Below are positions 1 to 8,896 of a stretch of 64,000 nucleotides of DNA, piece by piece. The translations under genes were made by a program, and so were the position numbers. The DNA is taken from positions 298,480-362,479 of the forward strand of contig CAWCAK010000008.1 in assembly GCA_963793455.1 (NCBI GenBank), in the 5' to 3' direction. Numbering within the stretch: position 1 is the stretch's first letter; every line of letters begins with the position of its first letter. The DNA comes from an uncultured Bacteroidota bacterium. Lineage in GTDB: Bacteria; Bacteroidota; Bacteroidia; Bacteroidales; GCA-2748055. The notes beneath the pieces are model-generated. The model saw nothing but the letters and a program-made list of their open reading frames with translations, was not told the origin of the DNA and did no database searches.

Positions 1-1
1 G

Positions 2-1321
2 CCCAATGTGATTATTATTCTGACAGACGACCAGGGATATGCCGATGTGGGTTTTAACGGGTGTAAAGATATTCCAACTCCCAACATTGACCGTATTGCC
101 GGCAATGGCGTCAAGTTTACAAGCGGATACGTGACCTATGCGGTTTGCGGCCCGAGCAGGGCCGGATTGATGACCGGACGGTACCAGGACAGGTTCGGAT
201 TCGGGCGGAATCCCCTCTTTGCCCCCAATGATCCTGAGCAGGGATTGCCCCTGAGTGAGGAAACCCTGGCATCTGTATTGGACAGGGCTGGTTACCAGAC
301 CATGGCTATCGGAAAATGGCACCTGGGTGCCCATGAAAGCCAGCGGCCCTTAAACAGAGGGTTTGATGAATTTTTCGGTTTTTTGACCGGGGGACATCAG
401 TATTTTCCTGAACGCTGGACACTGAGGGACATTTCTGAGGTAAATTCACAGTATGCTGCCTACAAAACAAGGTTGCTTCAGAATGACACCAGGGTAGACG
501 AACAGGAATACCTAACCGATGCTTTATCAAGAGAAGCAGTAAGTTTTGTTAAAAGAAACGCCGGCAATCCGTTTTTTCTTTACCTGGCTTATAACGCTCC
601 ACATCTTCCCTTGCAGGCCACTGATAATTATTTGCAGAGATTCACGCACATAAAAAATGAAAAGAGACGAACCTATGCCGCCATGCTGAGCGCTGTGGAT
701 GACGGTGTGGGAAAACTTTTAGATCATTTGGAATCCCTCGGAATCCATGACAACACCATTGTTTTCTTCCTTTCCGACAACGGGGGTCCTTACGATAAGA
801 ATGGATCAAACAATGATCCCCTGAGGGAGGGAAAAGGAAGCTTATACGAAGGTGGTATCAGGGTCCCGTTTGCCATGCAGTGGCCAGAACAGATTCCGGG
901 AGGCCAGATATATGATCAGCCGGTTATTTCCTTAGACATATTCGCTACCGTTGCTGATTATACAGGGGCTGTACCAGAGAAAGCACTTGATGGAGTCAAT
1001 CTTATCCCGTATATATTGGGGAAATCTAAGGGTACTCCGCATGAACATCTTTTCTGGAGAAAGTATGACAGTGAATCATATGCGGTAAGAAGTGGAGATA
1101 CCAAGCTGGTGAATATGAACGGAGTGCAGGATGAATTATACGATCTTGCGGAGGATATCAGCGAGCAGCAGGAACTGAGTATTGAAGAAGAACTGCAGAG
1201 GTTGTTAAGTGCAAAAAATAGATGGGAAAGCATGATGATGGATCCGGTATTCCTGGGCTTATCGCAGAATGATAAATACAATAAATTGCATCCTCATCGC
1301 TTTGAAATTAAACCATATTGA
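2..1321 (+). CDS. Formylglycine-dependent (S1) sulfatase, arylsulfatase-like; 5' end lies outside the window
   Basis: Frame is open from the window edge (PNVIIILTDDQG). Motifs CGPSRAGLMTGR, GKWHLG, SDNGG and KGSLYEGGIRVP. Confidence 0.93.
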   Translation, partial: PNVIIILTDDQGYADVGFNGCKDIPTPNIDRIAGNGVKFTSGYVTYAVCGPSRAGLMTGRYQDRFGFGRNPLFAPNDPEQGLPLSEETLASVLDRAGYQTMAIGKWHLGAHESQRPLNRGFDEFFGFLTGGHQYFPERWTLRDISEVNSQYAAYKTRLLQNDTRVDEQEYLTDALSREAVSFVKRNAGNPFFLYLAYNAPHLPLQATDNYLQRFTHIKNEKRRTYAAMLSAVDDGVGKLLDHLESLGIHDNTIVFFLSDNGGPYDKNGSNNDPLREGKGSLYEGGIRVPFAMQWPEQIPGGQIYDQPVISLDIFATVADYTGAVPEKALDGVNLIPYILGKSKGTPHEHLFWRKYDSESYAVRSGDTKLVNMNGVQDELYDLAEDISEQQELSIEEELQRLLSAKNRWESMMMDPVFLGLSQNDKYNKLHPHRFEIKPY

Positions 1322-1339
1322 TCATAAAATAGGTAAACC

Positions 1340-2932
1340 ATGAAATCCACAGCATATGATCTTTTGAAGCTCTTTTTGATCCTGGCACTTTTCGTTTATA
1401 CAGGTTGCAATAGATCTGACATTCCGGAAAAACCCAATGTTGTTTTCATCATTTGCGATGACCTGAATGATTATCCGGGAGGTTTCGGTGGCCATTCCCA
1501 GGCGAAAACACCGAATATTGACAGGCTTGCAAAGTCAGGAATTACATTTATCAATGCACATAGTAATGTGCCAGTTTGTTCTCCGTCAAGGAACAGTTTG
1601 TTTACGGGTGTTTATCCGCATAAATCAAAAGATTTTGGCTGGACAAAGCACTTTGAACAACCGGTATTAAAGCATAATAAGACGCTTATGGAATACTTTG
1701 CAGAGAATGGTTACCATGTTGCCGGAAGCGGGAAACTGCTGCATCATAACAGAAAGGAGTACTGGGATGAGTGGGGCGTGGATATCAATAATTATGGACC
1801 CCTGGCTTTCAATGGCAAAGAACCTGTTGGTCACCCTTCTGTTCCAGAACCTTTTCGAAGCATTGGCCCGATAGATGGTTCCTTCGCCCCCATTTCTGAT
1901 GTCCCGTCTTTTCCGGATAGTGTATCCGGAGGGAACAGGACCGGTTGGCTTTACACAAGGGATACAGAAGATTTCTTAGAATATACGGATGAAAACAACC
2001 GGGATTTGCTGCCCGATGAAATGCATGCAAAGTGGGCTGCCGGGAAAATTGCTGAACTGGAAAAGCAGGAGAGCAACCAGCCATTTTTCATGGGCATTGG
2101 TTTTGTTCGTCCTCATACCCCGTTGTATGCTCCCAGGCGGTTTTTCGATATGTTCCCCATTGATGGAATTGAACTTTCAGAAATACTGGAAGATGATGCT
2201 GAAGATACCCGTTACAGGAATATTTATCCTTCAGATATCAAAGGATTGAGGTATTACCGGACGCTGAAGGAGTCATACGGTGGAGATGCTGAGTTGGGCC
2301 TGAAGCATTTTTTACAGGCTTACCTTGCATGTGTGGCCTTTGTAGATGAGCAGATAGGAATTGTGGTGGATGCTGTGAACAACAGCAAATTCAGGGACAA
2401 TACCATCATTGTGCTGACAGGCGACCATGGCTGGCAAATGGGAGAAAAAGAGTACCTGTTCAAGAATTCACCCTGGGAGGAAAGTACCCGTATTCCTTTA
2501 ATTATCAAGTCCCCCGGGACAAAGGCCGGAAAGAAGGTGGATCATCCGGTTTCACTTATCGATCTTTTCCCAACCTTCACTGAGTTATGCGGATTAAAAG
2601 GAGATAACCGGAAAAACGAATCAGGAGGGCAGATTGACGGATACAGTCTGTTGCCTTTTCTCAGGGATCCCAACACATCAGACTGGGACGGACCTGAGGG
2701 AGTGCTTTCTATGATTGGCGTTGGGCTGAACCAGGAGGATGTGATGAAACAAACCTATTCTTACCGTACCAGGGATTGGCGCTACATTCTTTACATGGAT
2801 GGCACGGAGGAGCTGTATGATCATCGGAACGATCCGTATGAATGGAAGAATCTTGCCGGTGAAAATGACTATCTGGCAAAAAAGCTGGAGTTGCAGGAAG
2901 CGATGATTAAAATGATTAAAGACAGTAATTAA
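1340..2932 (+). CDS. S1 sulfatase, iduronate-2-sulfatase/choline-sulfatase-like, probable lipoprotein
   Basis: Lipobox-like LFVYTGC. Motifs PNVVFIICDDLND, CSPSRNSLFTG, GFVRPHTP, GDHG and WEESTRIPLII. Confidence 0.92.
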   Translation: MKSTAYDLLKLFLILALFVYTGCNRSDIPEKPNVVFIICDDLNDYPGGFGGHSQAKTPNIDRLAKSGITFINAHSNVPVCSPSRNSLFTGVYPHKSKDFGWTKHFEQPVLKHNKTLMEYFAENGYHVAGSGKLLHHNRKEYWDEWGVDINNYGPLAFNGKEPVGHPSVPEPFRSIGPIDGSFAPISDVPSFPDSVSGGNRTGWLYTRDTEDFLEYTDENNRDLLPDEMHAKWAAGKIAELEKQESNQPFFMGIGFVRPHTPLYAPRRFFDMFPIDGIELSEILEDDAEDTRYRNIYPSDIKGLRYYRTLKESYGGDAELGLKHFLQAYLACVAFVDEQIGIVVDAVNNSKFRDNTIIVLTGDHGWQMGEKEYLFKNSPWEESTRIPLIIKSPGTKAGKKVDHPVSLIDLFPTFTELCGLKGDNRKNESGGQIDGYSLLPFLRDPNTSDWDGPEGVLSMIGVGLNQEDVMKQTYSYRTRDWRYILYMDGTEELYDHRNDPYEWKNLAGENDYLAKKLELQEAMIKMIKDSN

Positions 2933-2943
2933 GCACATTAATT

Positions 2944-4149
2944 ATGAGATTTTCAACACCCCTTTTGATTGCAGCAATCCTGACTTCTATTACTTCCTTT
3001 AATGATTCGGATTGTAAAGAACAGATCCCCGCAACAGACTTACATACTGGAAGGGATCCGGTTGCTGTCGATGGCTGCCGGTTCCAGCCTGGAGAACTGT
3101 GGTTGGACAATCATGGAGTTCATATCAATGCACATGGTGGGGGCATCCTGTTTTATAACGGCCTGTACTACTGGTTTGGAGAACATAAAACCGAAGGAAC
3201 AGAAGGCAACCGGGCCAATGTGGGTGTCCACTGTTACTCCTCAAAAAATCTATGTGACTGGAAGGATGAAGGGATCTGCATGAAGGTTTCCATGGATACC
3301 TGCAGCCTGATCGCCAGCGGATGCATCATTGAACGCCCCAAGGTGATCCATCATCCGAAGTCCGGGAAATTTGTCATGTGGTTCCACCATGAACTGAAAG
3401 GACAGGGTTACACGGCCGCTATGACAGGACTCGCAGTGGCAGATAAGGTCACGGGGCCCTATACGTATCAAAAGAGCCTCCGGCCAAACGCCGGAACCTG
3501 GCCTGAAAATCTCAGTGAAGAACAGATGCAGGACACAACAACTCCGGATCATATGGAAAAAGAGACCGGGGAATGGGAGGCCGCTATCCTTGATGGCCTT
3601 TATGTCAGGCGTGATTTTACAGGAGGTCAGATGGCACGCGATATGACCCTTTATGTTGACGATGACGGGAAGGCCTATCACATCCATGCATCCGAAGAGA
3701 ACCGGACATTGCATATTTCTGAACTCACGGACGATTACCAGGATTTTTCCGGACGTTATATCAGGGCAATGCCCGGAGGCCATAACGAAGCTCCCTCCCT
3801 GTTCAAATATAAGGAGAAGTATTACATGATCACCTCAGGATGCACAGGATGGGCTCCGAATGCTGCCAGACTGCTGGTGGCGGATTCCATCATGGGGGAG
3901 TGGACCTATCTGGGGAATCCTGCCATGGGTGATAACGCTGAAATTACGTTTGACTCACAGGGTACTTTCATCATCCCGGTCCATGGACAATCCGGGGCAT
4001 TTATTTTCATGGCTGACCGGTGGAGGCCGGATAATGCCATTGATGGGAGGTATGTATGGCTGCCTGTATTGTTTAAAAACCTGGACCAGCCCTACTTGGA
4101 ATGGATGGATGAATGGGAGCCTGGGACAATCCATCACCTGGCGTTTTAA
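2944..4149 (+). CDS. Glycoside hydrolase family 43, resembling GH43_24 exo-beta-1,3-galactanases
   Basis: Signal peptide. Motifs INAHGGG, YYWFGE, IERPKV, RDMTLYVDDDG, EAP, SGCTGWAPN, SQ and ADRW...YVWLP. Confidence 0.85.
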   Translation: MRFSTPLLIAAILTSITSFNDSDCKEQIPATDLHTGRDPVAVDGCRFQPGELWLDNHGVHINAHGGGILFYNGLYYWFGEHKTEGTEGNRANVGVHCYSSKNLCDWKDEGICMKVSMDTCSLIASGCIIERPKVIHHPKSGKFVMWFHHELKGQGYTAAMTGLAVADKVTGPYTYQKSLRPNAGTWPENLSEEQMQDTTTPDHMEKETGEWEAAILDGLYVRRDFTGGQMARDMTLYVDDDGKAYHIHASEENRTLHISELTDDYQDFSGRYIRAMPGGHNEAPSLFKYKEKYYMITSGCTGWAPNAARLLVADSIMGEWTYLGNPAMGDNAEITFDSQGTFIIPVHGQSGAFIFMADRWRPDNAIDGRYVWLPVLFKNLDQPYLEWMDEWEPGTIHHLAF

Positions 4150-4251
4150 TCCAGGTCATGGGTCCTTGAGTGACGTCCCCCGGATAAACTGAGCCGATCT
4201 AAATTGGAGATATCCGGACAATTTTCGTATTATTAATGAAAACAATGAACC

Positions 4252-4752
4252 ATGAAAAAATTAACCGGTTGTTTCTTATGTTTACTTTTCTTTGGCATGA
4301 TTGTTCATTCCCAGGAAAAAAAACCTGATATTCAGACTTTTACATCTCAGTTTGAACGGATAGAAATCATTCGGCTGGGGCCCGGTACCGATATGCTGGA
4401 AGGCTTAGATATTGCCATTAAAGAAAGCAAGATCAACAATGGAATTATTCTGGCTGGAATTGGCTCTGTTACTGATTATCATTACCATGTGGTGACCAAC
4501 AGGACTTTCCCTGTCCAGGAAGAAGATCCCGAAGCCGCGGTTCCTATGGATCTGACATCTGTTCAGGGATATATTATGAATGGAAGGATTCATGCGCATA
4601 TGACATTATCAGACGAAAACAGCATGGTAGGCGGACATGTTGAACCGGGTACCATAGCCTTTACCTTTTTTATCATTACTGTGGGTGTATTACCCGACGA
4701 TTTGGTTGTAGGTAAACTTGATACTCCTGATTATAAGTATCCATCCGAGTAG
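4252..4752 (+). CDS. DUF296 / PPC-domain protein with N-terminal signal peptide
   Basis: IRLGPGTDML, GIGSV, and the His triad HAHMTLSD...GGHV typical of the AF0104/PPC fold. Hydrophobic leader MKKLTGCFLCLLFFGMIVHS. Confidence 0.8.
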   Translation: MKKLTGCFLCLLFFGMIVHSQEKKPDIQTFTSQFERIEIIRLGPGTDMLEGLDIAIKESKINNGIILAGIGSVTDYHYHVVTNRTFPVQEEDPEAAVPMDLTSVQGYIMNGRIHAHMTLSDENSMVGGHVEPGTIAFTFFIITVGVLPDDLVVGKLDTPDYKYPSE

Positions 4753-4763
4753 GAACTTCACCT

Positions 4764-5963
4764 ATGGAACAAATTAAAAAATCCGCATTATTCAATGCAA
4801 GCTGCATGGCATTGGCTGTCACAGCAATGGCTTTTGCCACCCGGGCAGGGATGATCGGTGATTGGCGTGAGGAATTTAATCTAACCGCTGAACAGGTTGG
4901 ATGGATCATAGGAACTGCTTTCTGGGGATTTACCCTGGCCATGGTCATTGGTGGCCCACTGGTGGATGTCATTGGCATGAAGAGGATCATCTATATCGCC
5001 TTCGCCTGCCATGTTGCCGGAATTGTATTGACTATCGCAGCCACCGGTTTCTGGCCACTGTTCATTTCAACACTATTCATCGGCATTGCCAACGGGAGTG
5101 TGGAGGCTGCCACCAATCCACTGGTCACGGCAATGTATCCCGATCAGAAAACCAAAATGTTGAACAGGTTCCATGTATGGTGGCCTGCGGGTATTATTAT
5201 CGGTGGATTAATGTTCCTTGCCCTGAAAACAATGGGATTTGGATGGAGAATGCAAATGGCTGCCATACTGATCCCCACTGCCTTATATGGATTTATTTTC
5301 ATGAGGGCCAAATTCCCGGAAACTGAAAGGGTCACATCCGGCTATACATACAAAGACATGCTCAGGGCGGTGGTGTCACCCCTCTTTATTTTCATGGCCA
5401 TCTGCATGGCCATGACAGGAGCAACTGAGCTCAGTACGAACCAATGGATGACCAACCTGCTTGAAGATGTCATGGGTTCCCAGGGAATTAATTCCATTCT
5501 CCTGCTTGTCTGGATATCCGGCATAATGGCTGTGGGAAGGCAGCTGGCGGGTCCCATCATCCACAGACTATCTCCAAGTGGTGTATTGTTGGTATCGGCC
5601 ATCGTTTCGGGAATGGGTATTTGGCTCCTCAGCCATTCCAATGGTTTATGGAGTTTTGGCGCGGCAGCCATATTTGCCGTCGGTATCTGCTATTTCTGGC
5701 CCACCATGCTTGGTTTTGTCAATGAGAACATCCCCAAGAGCGGAGCACTGGGACTGGCCATCATGGGTGGAATGGGATGGCTTGGCGGAGGTATATCCCA
5801 ACCTTTGCTTGGCAGGTATTATGATACCCAGTTTGCAGCCTTGAATGATGCCCTGGCCGCTGGCTCGGCCACGCTCAGGATCATCGCCGTCCTGACAATC
5901 ATATTAACGGTTACCTTTACTTTCCTTTATTTCAGACAAAAAAAACGGAAGGCCAATGTATAA
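4764..5963 (+). CDS. MFS transporter (sugar-type)
   Basis: About 12 hydrophobic segments. Motif A-like GGPLVDVIGMKR; NRFHVWWPAG and FWPTMLG. Confidence 0.88.
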   Translation: MEQIKKSALFNASCMALAVTAMAFATRAGMIGDWREEFNLTAEQVGWIIGTAFWGFTLAMVIGGPLVDVIGMKRIIYIAFACHVAGIVLTIAATGFWPLFISTLFIGIANGSVEAATNPLVTAMYPDQKTKMLNRFHVWWPAGIIIGGLMFLALKTMGFGWRMQMAAILIPTALYGFIFMRAKFPETERVTSGYTYKDMLRAVVSPLFIFMAICMAMTGATELSTNQWMTNLLEDVMGSQGINSILLLVWISGIMAVGRQLAGPIIHRLSPSGVLLVSAIVSGMGIWLLSHSNGLWSFGAAAIFAVGICYFWPTMLGFVNENIPKSGALGLAIMGGMGWLGGGISQPLLGRYYDTQFAALNDALAAGSATLRIIAVLTIILTVTFTFLYFRQKKRKANV

Positions 5964-5999
5964 CAGCCAATACTGTTCTATTCAGCTAAAATTAATAAT

Positions 6000-7865
6000 A
6001 TGAAGAAGTTAATAATTATAACTGCATGTTTTTCTGGTATATGTCTATTATTTTCATGCAAAGCCAGTCCTGAAAATAACATGGTCCATGTATATGAAAT
6101 TCAAGAATTAATATTCACTGCAGAAAATGCATATGAGAATGCATATGAAGAAGTTGACTGTTGGGTGAGACTTCAGGGGCCCGGTTTCGATAAACGTGTA
6201 TATGGTTTTTGGGATGGAGGACAAACCTTTAAGGTCAGGGTTGTTGCAACAACGCCTGGTAACTGGTCGTGGGAGAGTAAAGCAAATCCTGAAAGTGATC
6301 AAGGTTTAAACGGAAAATCGGGATCATTCAAGGCAATTCCCTGGACCGACCAGGAAAAAGAGGCCAACAATAACCGCCGTGGTTTTATCCGTCCCACTCC
6401 CAATGGTCATGCACTCCAGTATGCTGATGGTACACCATTTTTCTTTATTGGCGACACATGGTGGTCAGCTTCAACCTGGCGCTATCCTCTTACCGGTAAT
6501 GCACCCCGGGAAAACTGGGATCCGGGACCTGAAGGTCATTCATTTGAAAACATGACTTTGTACCGCAAAAAACAAGGATACAATTCAATGGCAATGATTG
6601 CCTGCTTCCCTAACTGGGCAGCTGATGGGCTGCCGCCCAGGGTGGTGGATGAGCAGGGAATAGGCATTCGCCAGGCATGGGAAAAATTCGGAGTTGGAAC
6701 GGCGAAAGATATGCACGATGAAGCAGGTAATCTTCCCTTCGAATTAACGAAAAACGTACCCATGGCTGATTTCGATAAAATCAATCCTGCCTATTTTCGA
6801 TCATTGGATAAAAAAATGGATTATCTGGATTCAATCGGTTTTGTACCGATGTTAGAAACGGTCCGTCGGGACCATGGCCCACCCTGGAAAGCATACTTTG
6901 AATGGCCAGATTCATTTGTGAGGTACATTCAGTATATTGTTGCAAGATATGGAGCATATAATATCATCTTCAGCCCCATCCATCTCGACTGGATCATCCC
7001 CACATTTTGCCTCCCAAGTGAAGATTTTAATGAAGCGATCATTGCCTGGCATGATCAATACGGCCCATTGCCATACGGGCAACCTGTCACTTCCTTAATA
7101 AATCCGGCAACCCACATCATTTATGGCACCGGGGAGAAGGCCCCCTGGCTTACCATGCACTCCGTAGGGAATAACCCACGAAACAATGGCTTTTTCCCCA
7201 TGCTGGAAGAACAATTCAAAATTGAGCCGCCCATGCCGACTGCAAACCTGGAACCCTATTATACAGGATGGAAGTCCATTGTCGGAGGTGAAGAAATTGA
7301 ACGAAATTCAGACCGGGATAATTATTTTTCCAGGTCCCAGGCATGGGGAAGCGTATTATCAGGCGGATTGTCAGGACATATGTATGGTACGGGTGCTTAT
7401 GACGGGACAACCGTTGGTGAAGAAGAAGGTGAAAGGCCCATCATTTGGGATGCACTAAAATATACCGCCGGTGAACAGATAGGATATCTGCGGCGGTTTA
7501 TTGAATCCGAAGGAAACTCTTTTCAGAAACTGCAACTGGCATCTGGAAATATTCACCCTCGCAAAAGTCAATATAGCAAACCTCATGGTGGCTTTGACGG
7601 ATGGTCGTTTATGATGTGCACACCCGAAAAAGAGCTGGCGATGCTCTATTTTGAATCTAAAAGCGCTGTTCCTTATTTAACAGGATTTCTACCTGATAAG
7701 GAATATAAATTAAGCTGGTTTAATCCCATCAATGGTCAATGGTTAGAAGATGCTCAGATACTGTCAACCGACGCAGAAGGGAAACTACAGCTTAAACAAT
7801 TTCCCAACCAGGAAATCATTTCTAACCAGGACTGGAGCCTCAAACTGAACTGTATCAATCCATAA
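6000..7865 (+). CDS. DUF5060/DUF4038 lipoprotein (GH140/apiosidase-like TIM barrel, putative glycoside hydrolase)
   Basis: Lipobox LLFSC. Motifs GFWDGGQTFKVR, ADGTPFFFIGDTWW, ANLEPYY and C-terminal WFNPING. Confidence 0.75.
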   Translation: MKKLIIITACFSGICLLFSCKASPENNMVHVYEIQELIFTAENAYENAYEEVDCWVRLQGPGFDKRVYGFWDGGQTFKVRVVATTPGNWSWESKANPESDQGLNGKSGSFKAIPWTDQEKEANNNRRGFIRPTPNGHALQYADGTPFFFIGDTWWSASTWRYPLTGNAPRENWDPGPEGHSFENMTLYRKKQGYNSMAMIACFPNWAADGLPPRVVDEQGIGIRQAWEKFGVGTAKDMHDEAGNLPFELTKNVPMADFDKINPAYFRSLDKKMDYLDSIGFVPMLETVRRDHGPPWKAYFEWPDSFVRYIQYIVARYGAYNIIFSPIHLDWIIPTFCLPSEDFNEAIIAWHDQYGPLPYGQPVTSLINPATHIIYGTGEKAPWLTMHSVGNNPRNNGFFPMLEEQFKIEPPMPTANLEPYYTGWKSIVGGEEIERNSDRDNYFSRSQAWGSVLSGGLSGHMYGTGAYDGTTVGEEEGERPIIWDALKYTAGEQIGYLRRFIESEGNSFQKLQLASGNIHPRKSQYSKPHGGFDGWSFMMCTPEKELAMLYFESKSAVPYLTGFLPDKEYKLSWFNPINGQWLEDAQILSTDAEGKLQLKQFPNQEIISNQDWSLKLNCINP

Positions 7866-8004
7866 AATGAATGATTCCAATGCAGGTTCAGTATAAAGAA
7901 CCCTGCTGGAAACCGGGTCAGATGGTCAGGAGAAACCGGCATTGATCCTGTCCCGGATCCACCGGCGGTTCATCAGGAACACCAGGGTCTCCTGGAGGCA
8001 TCCT
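7848..8004 (+). repeat. 157-bp direct repeat, left copy (putative target-site duplication)
   Basis: AACTGTATCAATCC...GGAGGCATCCT is identical to 8897-9053 and ends immediately before the left TIR. Confidence 0.95.
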
Positions 8005-8017
8005 CCTGTTTTCGTCA
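8005..8017 (+). repeat. Left terminal inverted repeat (13 bp)
   Basis: CCTGTTTTCGTCA is the reverse complement of 8884-8896. Confidence 0.93.
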
Positions 8018-8124
8018 TTGGGACACCCTGGCCGCTTATTCACAAGATTTTGTCCTCTCCAGACTGAATCCCTGGGCACACAGGCGTGAAGGAAGGGGCA
8101 TAAGACAAAGGCTACTAAGTGCCT

Positions 8125-8421
8125 TTACAGGTTCAGTTTCCTTGGATCCATCTGGTTTCCCCTGAAGCTGGCCAGTTCAACACATTCACCATTGAAGCGG
8201 TAGTACAGCGTTGTTTGAGGGCTGATAACACAACGCCTGAGGTTTTTTCTTTTATCTGAAAAAGGAAAAAGCCTGGGATTGATTGCTATCAGATCGATCA
8301 CCTCTTCAAAATAGATATCCACACGGGCAGCTACCACTGCACCAAACTGTTCTGAAACATAATCAAGGATAGCCTCGTACTCCCCGTAGGCTCGTTTGGA
8401 GTAACGTACAGGAAATGACAT
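8125..8421 (-). CDS. Type II toxin, RelE/ParE family
   Basis: 98 aa, basic. Pattern VRYSKRA..EYEAILDY...NPRLFP...LRRCVI...TTLYYR...FRGNQMDP; lies downstream of a small acidic gene. Confidence 0.85.
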   Translation of the reverse strand: MSFPVRYSKRAYGEYEAILDYVSEQFGAVVAARVDIYFEEVIDLIAINPRLFPFSDKRKNLRRCVISPQTTLYYRFNGECVELASFRGNQMDPRKLNL

Positions 8422-8431
8422 AATCGAGAGA

Positions 8432-8662
8432 TTAGAACTTATATTTCGCCTGGATCCTCTCCCTTACCTCAGAACGGCTAAGAGACTCCCCACGATCCAA
8501 TTGTTCCAAGCCCTCCTCGATGGCTTCGCGGTCTTCTTCACTTATCTGATCCCACCAGTCAGATCCTTCGAGTTGCAAGGCTTCCAGCTTTTCGATCAGC
8601 TCTGACTCCTGTATCGAAGATATCCAGTTGATAAGGTTCAGTTTCCTGACCTCCAGATTCAT
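8432..8662 (-). CDS. Putative antitoxin (Bacteroidota addiction-module type)
   Basis: 76 aa from ATG 8662 (the ORF track extends it to 8701), acidic. MNLEVRKLNLINWI...DWWDQISEEDREAIEEGLEQLDRGE; ends 10 bp upstream of the toxin. Confidence 0.8.
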   Translation of the reverse strand: MNLEVRKLNLINWISSIQESELIEKLEALQLEGSDWWDQISEEDREAIEEGLEQLDRGESLSRSEVRERIQAKYKF

Positions 8663-8710
8663 GATGGATGAAAATTGATTTGATGTAAAGTTACGATTCA
8701 TATTGGTTAT

Positions 8711-8794
8711 TTAAAATGATGGGGCTTCTTGAGTTGATTCTGCAGCTCCTGCACATACCGTTCCGCTCTTGTTCTTTTTCTCCCGTACAAACAC
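8711..8794 (-). pseudogene. 5' remnant of an IS1634-family-like transposase
   Basis: GTG TTT GTA CGG GAG AAA AAG AAC AAG AGC GGA ACG GTA reads (M)FVREKKNKSGTV. This resembles the MF(V/I)RxKKNxSG start I recall for Bacteroidota IS1634 transposases. It starts about 100 bp inside the element end and stops after 27 codons. Confidence 0.65.
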
Positions 8795-8883
8795 ATTATA
8801 AGTGAATGGGACACCCGAAAACGTCAGAAACAAAGTGCTATATCGCTGATTATGTTTGTTTTAAAAAGACACTCCGGGAAGAG

Positions 8884-8896
8884 TGACGAAAACAGG
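8884..8896 (+). repeat. Right terminal inverted repeat (13 bp)
   Basis: TGACGAAAACAGG, immediately followed by the second 157-bp repeat. Confidence 0.93.

Larger units (their letters stand above)
8005..8896 (-). mobile_element. Non-autonomous IS1634-like element (892 bp) carrying a toxin-antitoxin pair instead of a transposase
   Basis: Perfect 13-bp TIRs CCTGTTTTCGTCA (8005-8017) and TGACGAAAACAGG (8884-8896). Flanked by 157-bp direct repeats. Subterminal TGGGACACCC occurs twice. Contains a transposase-like N-terminal remnant. Confidence 0.85.
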
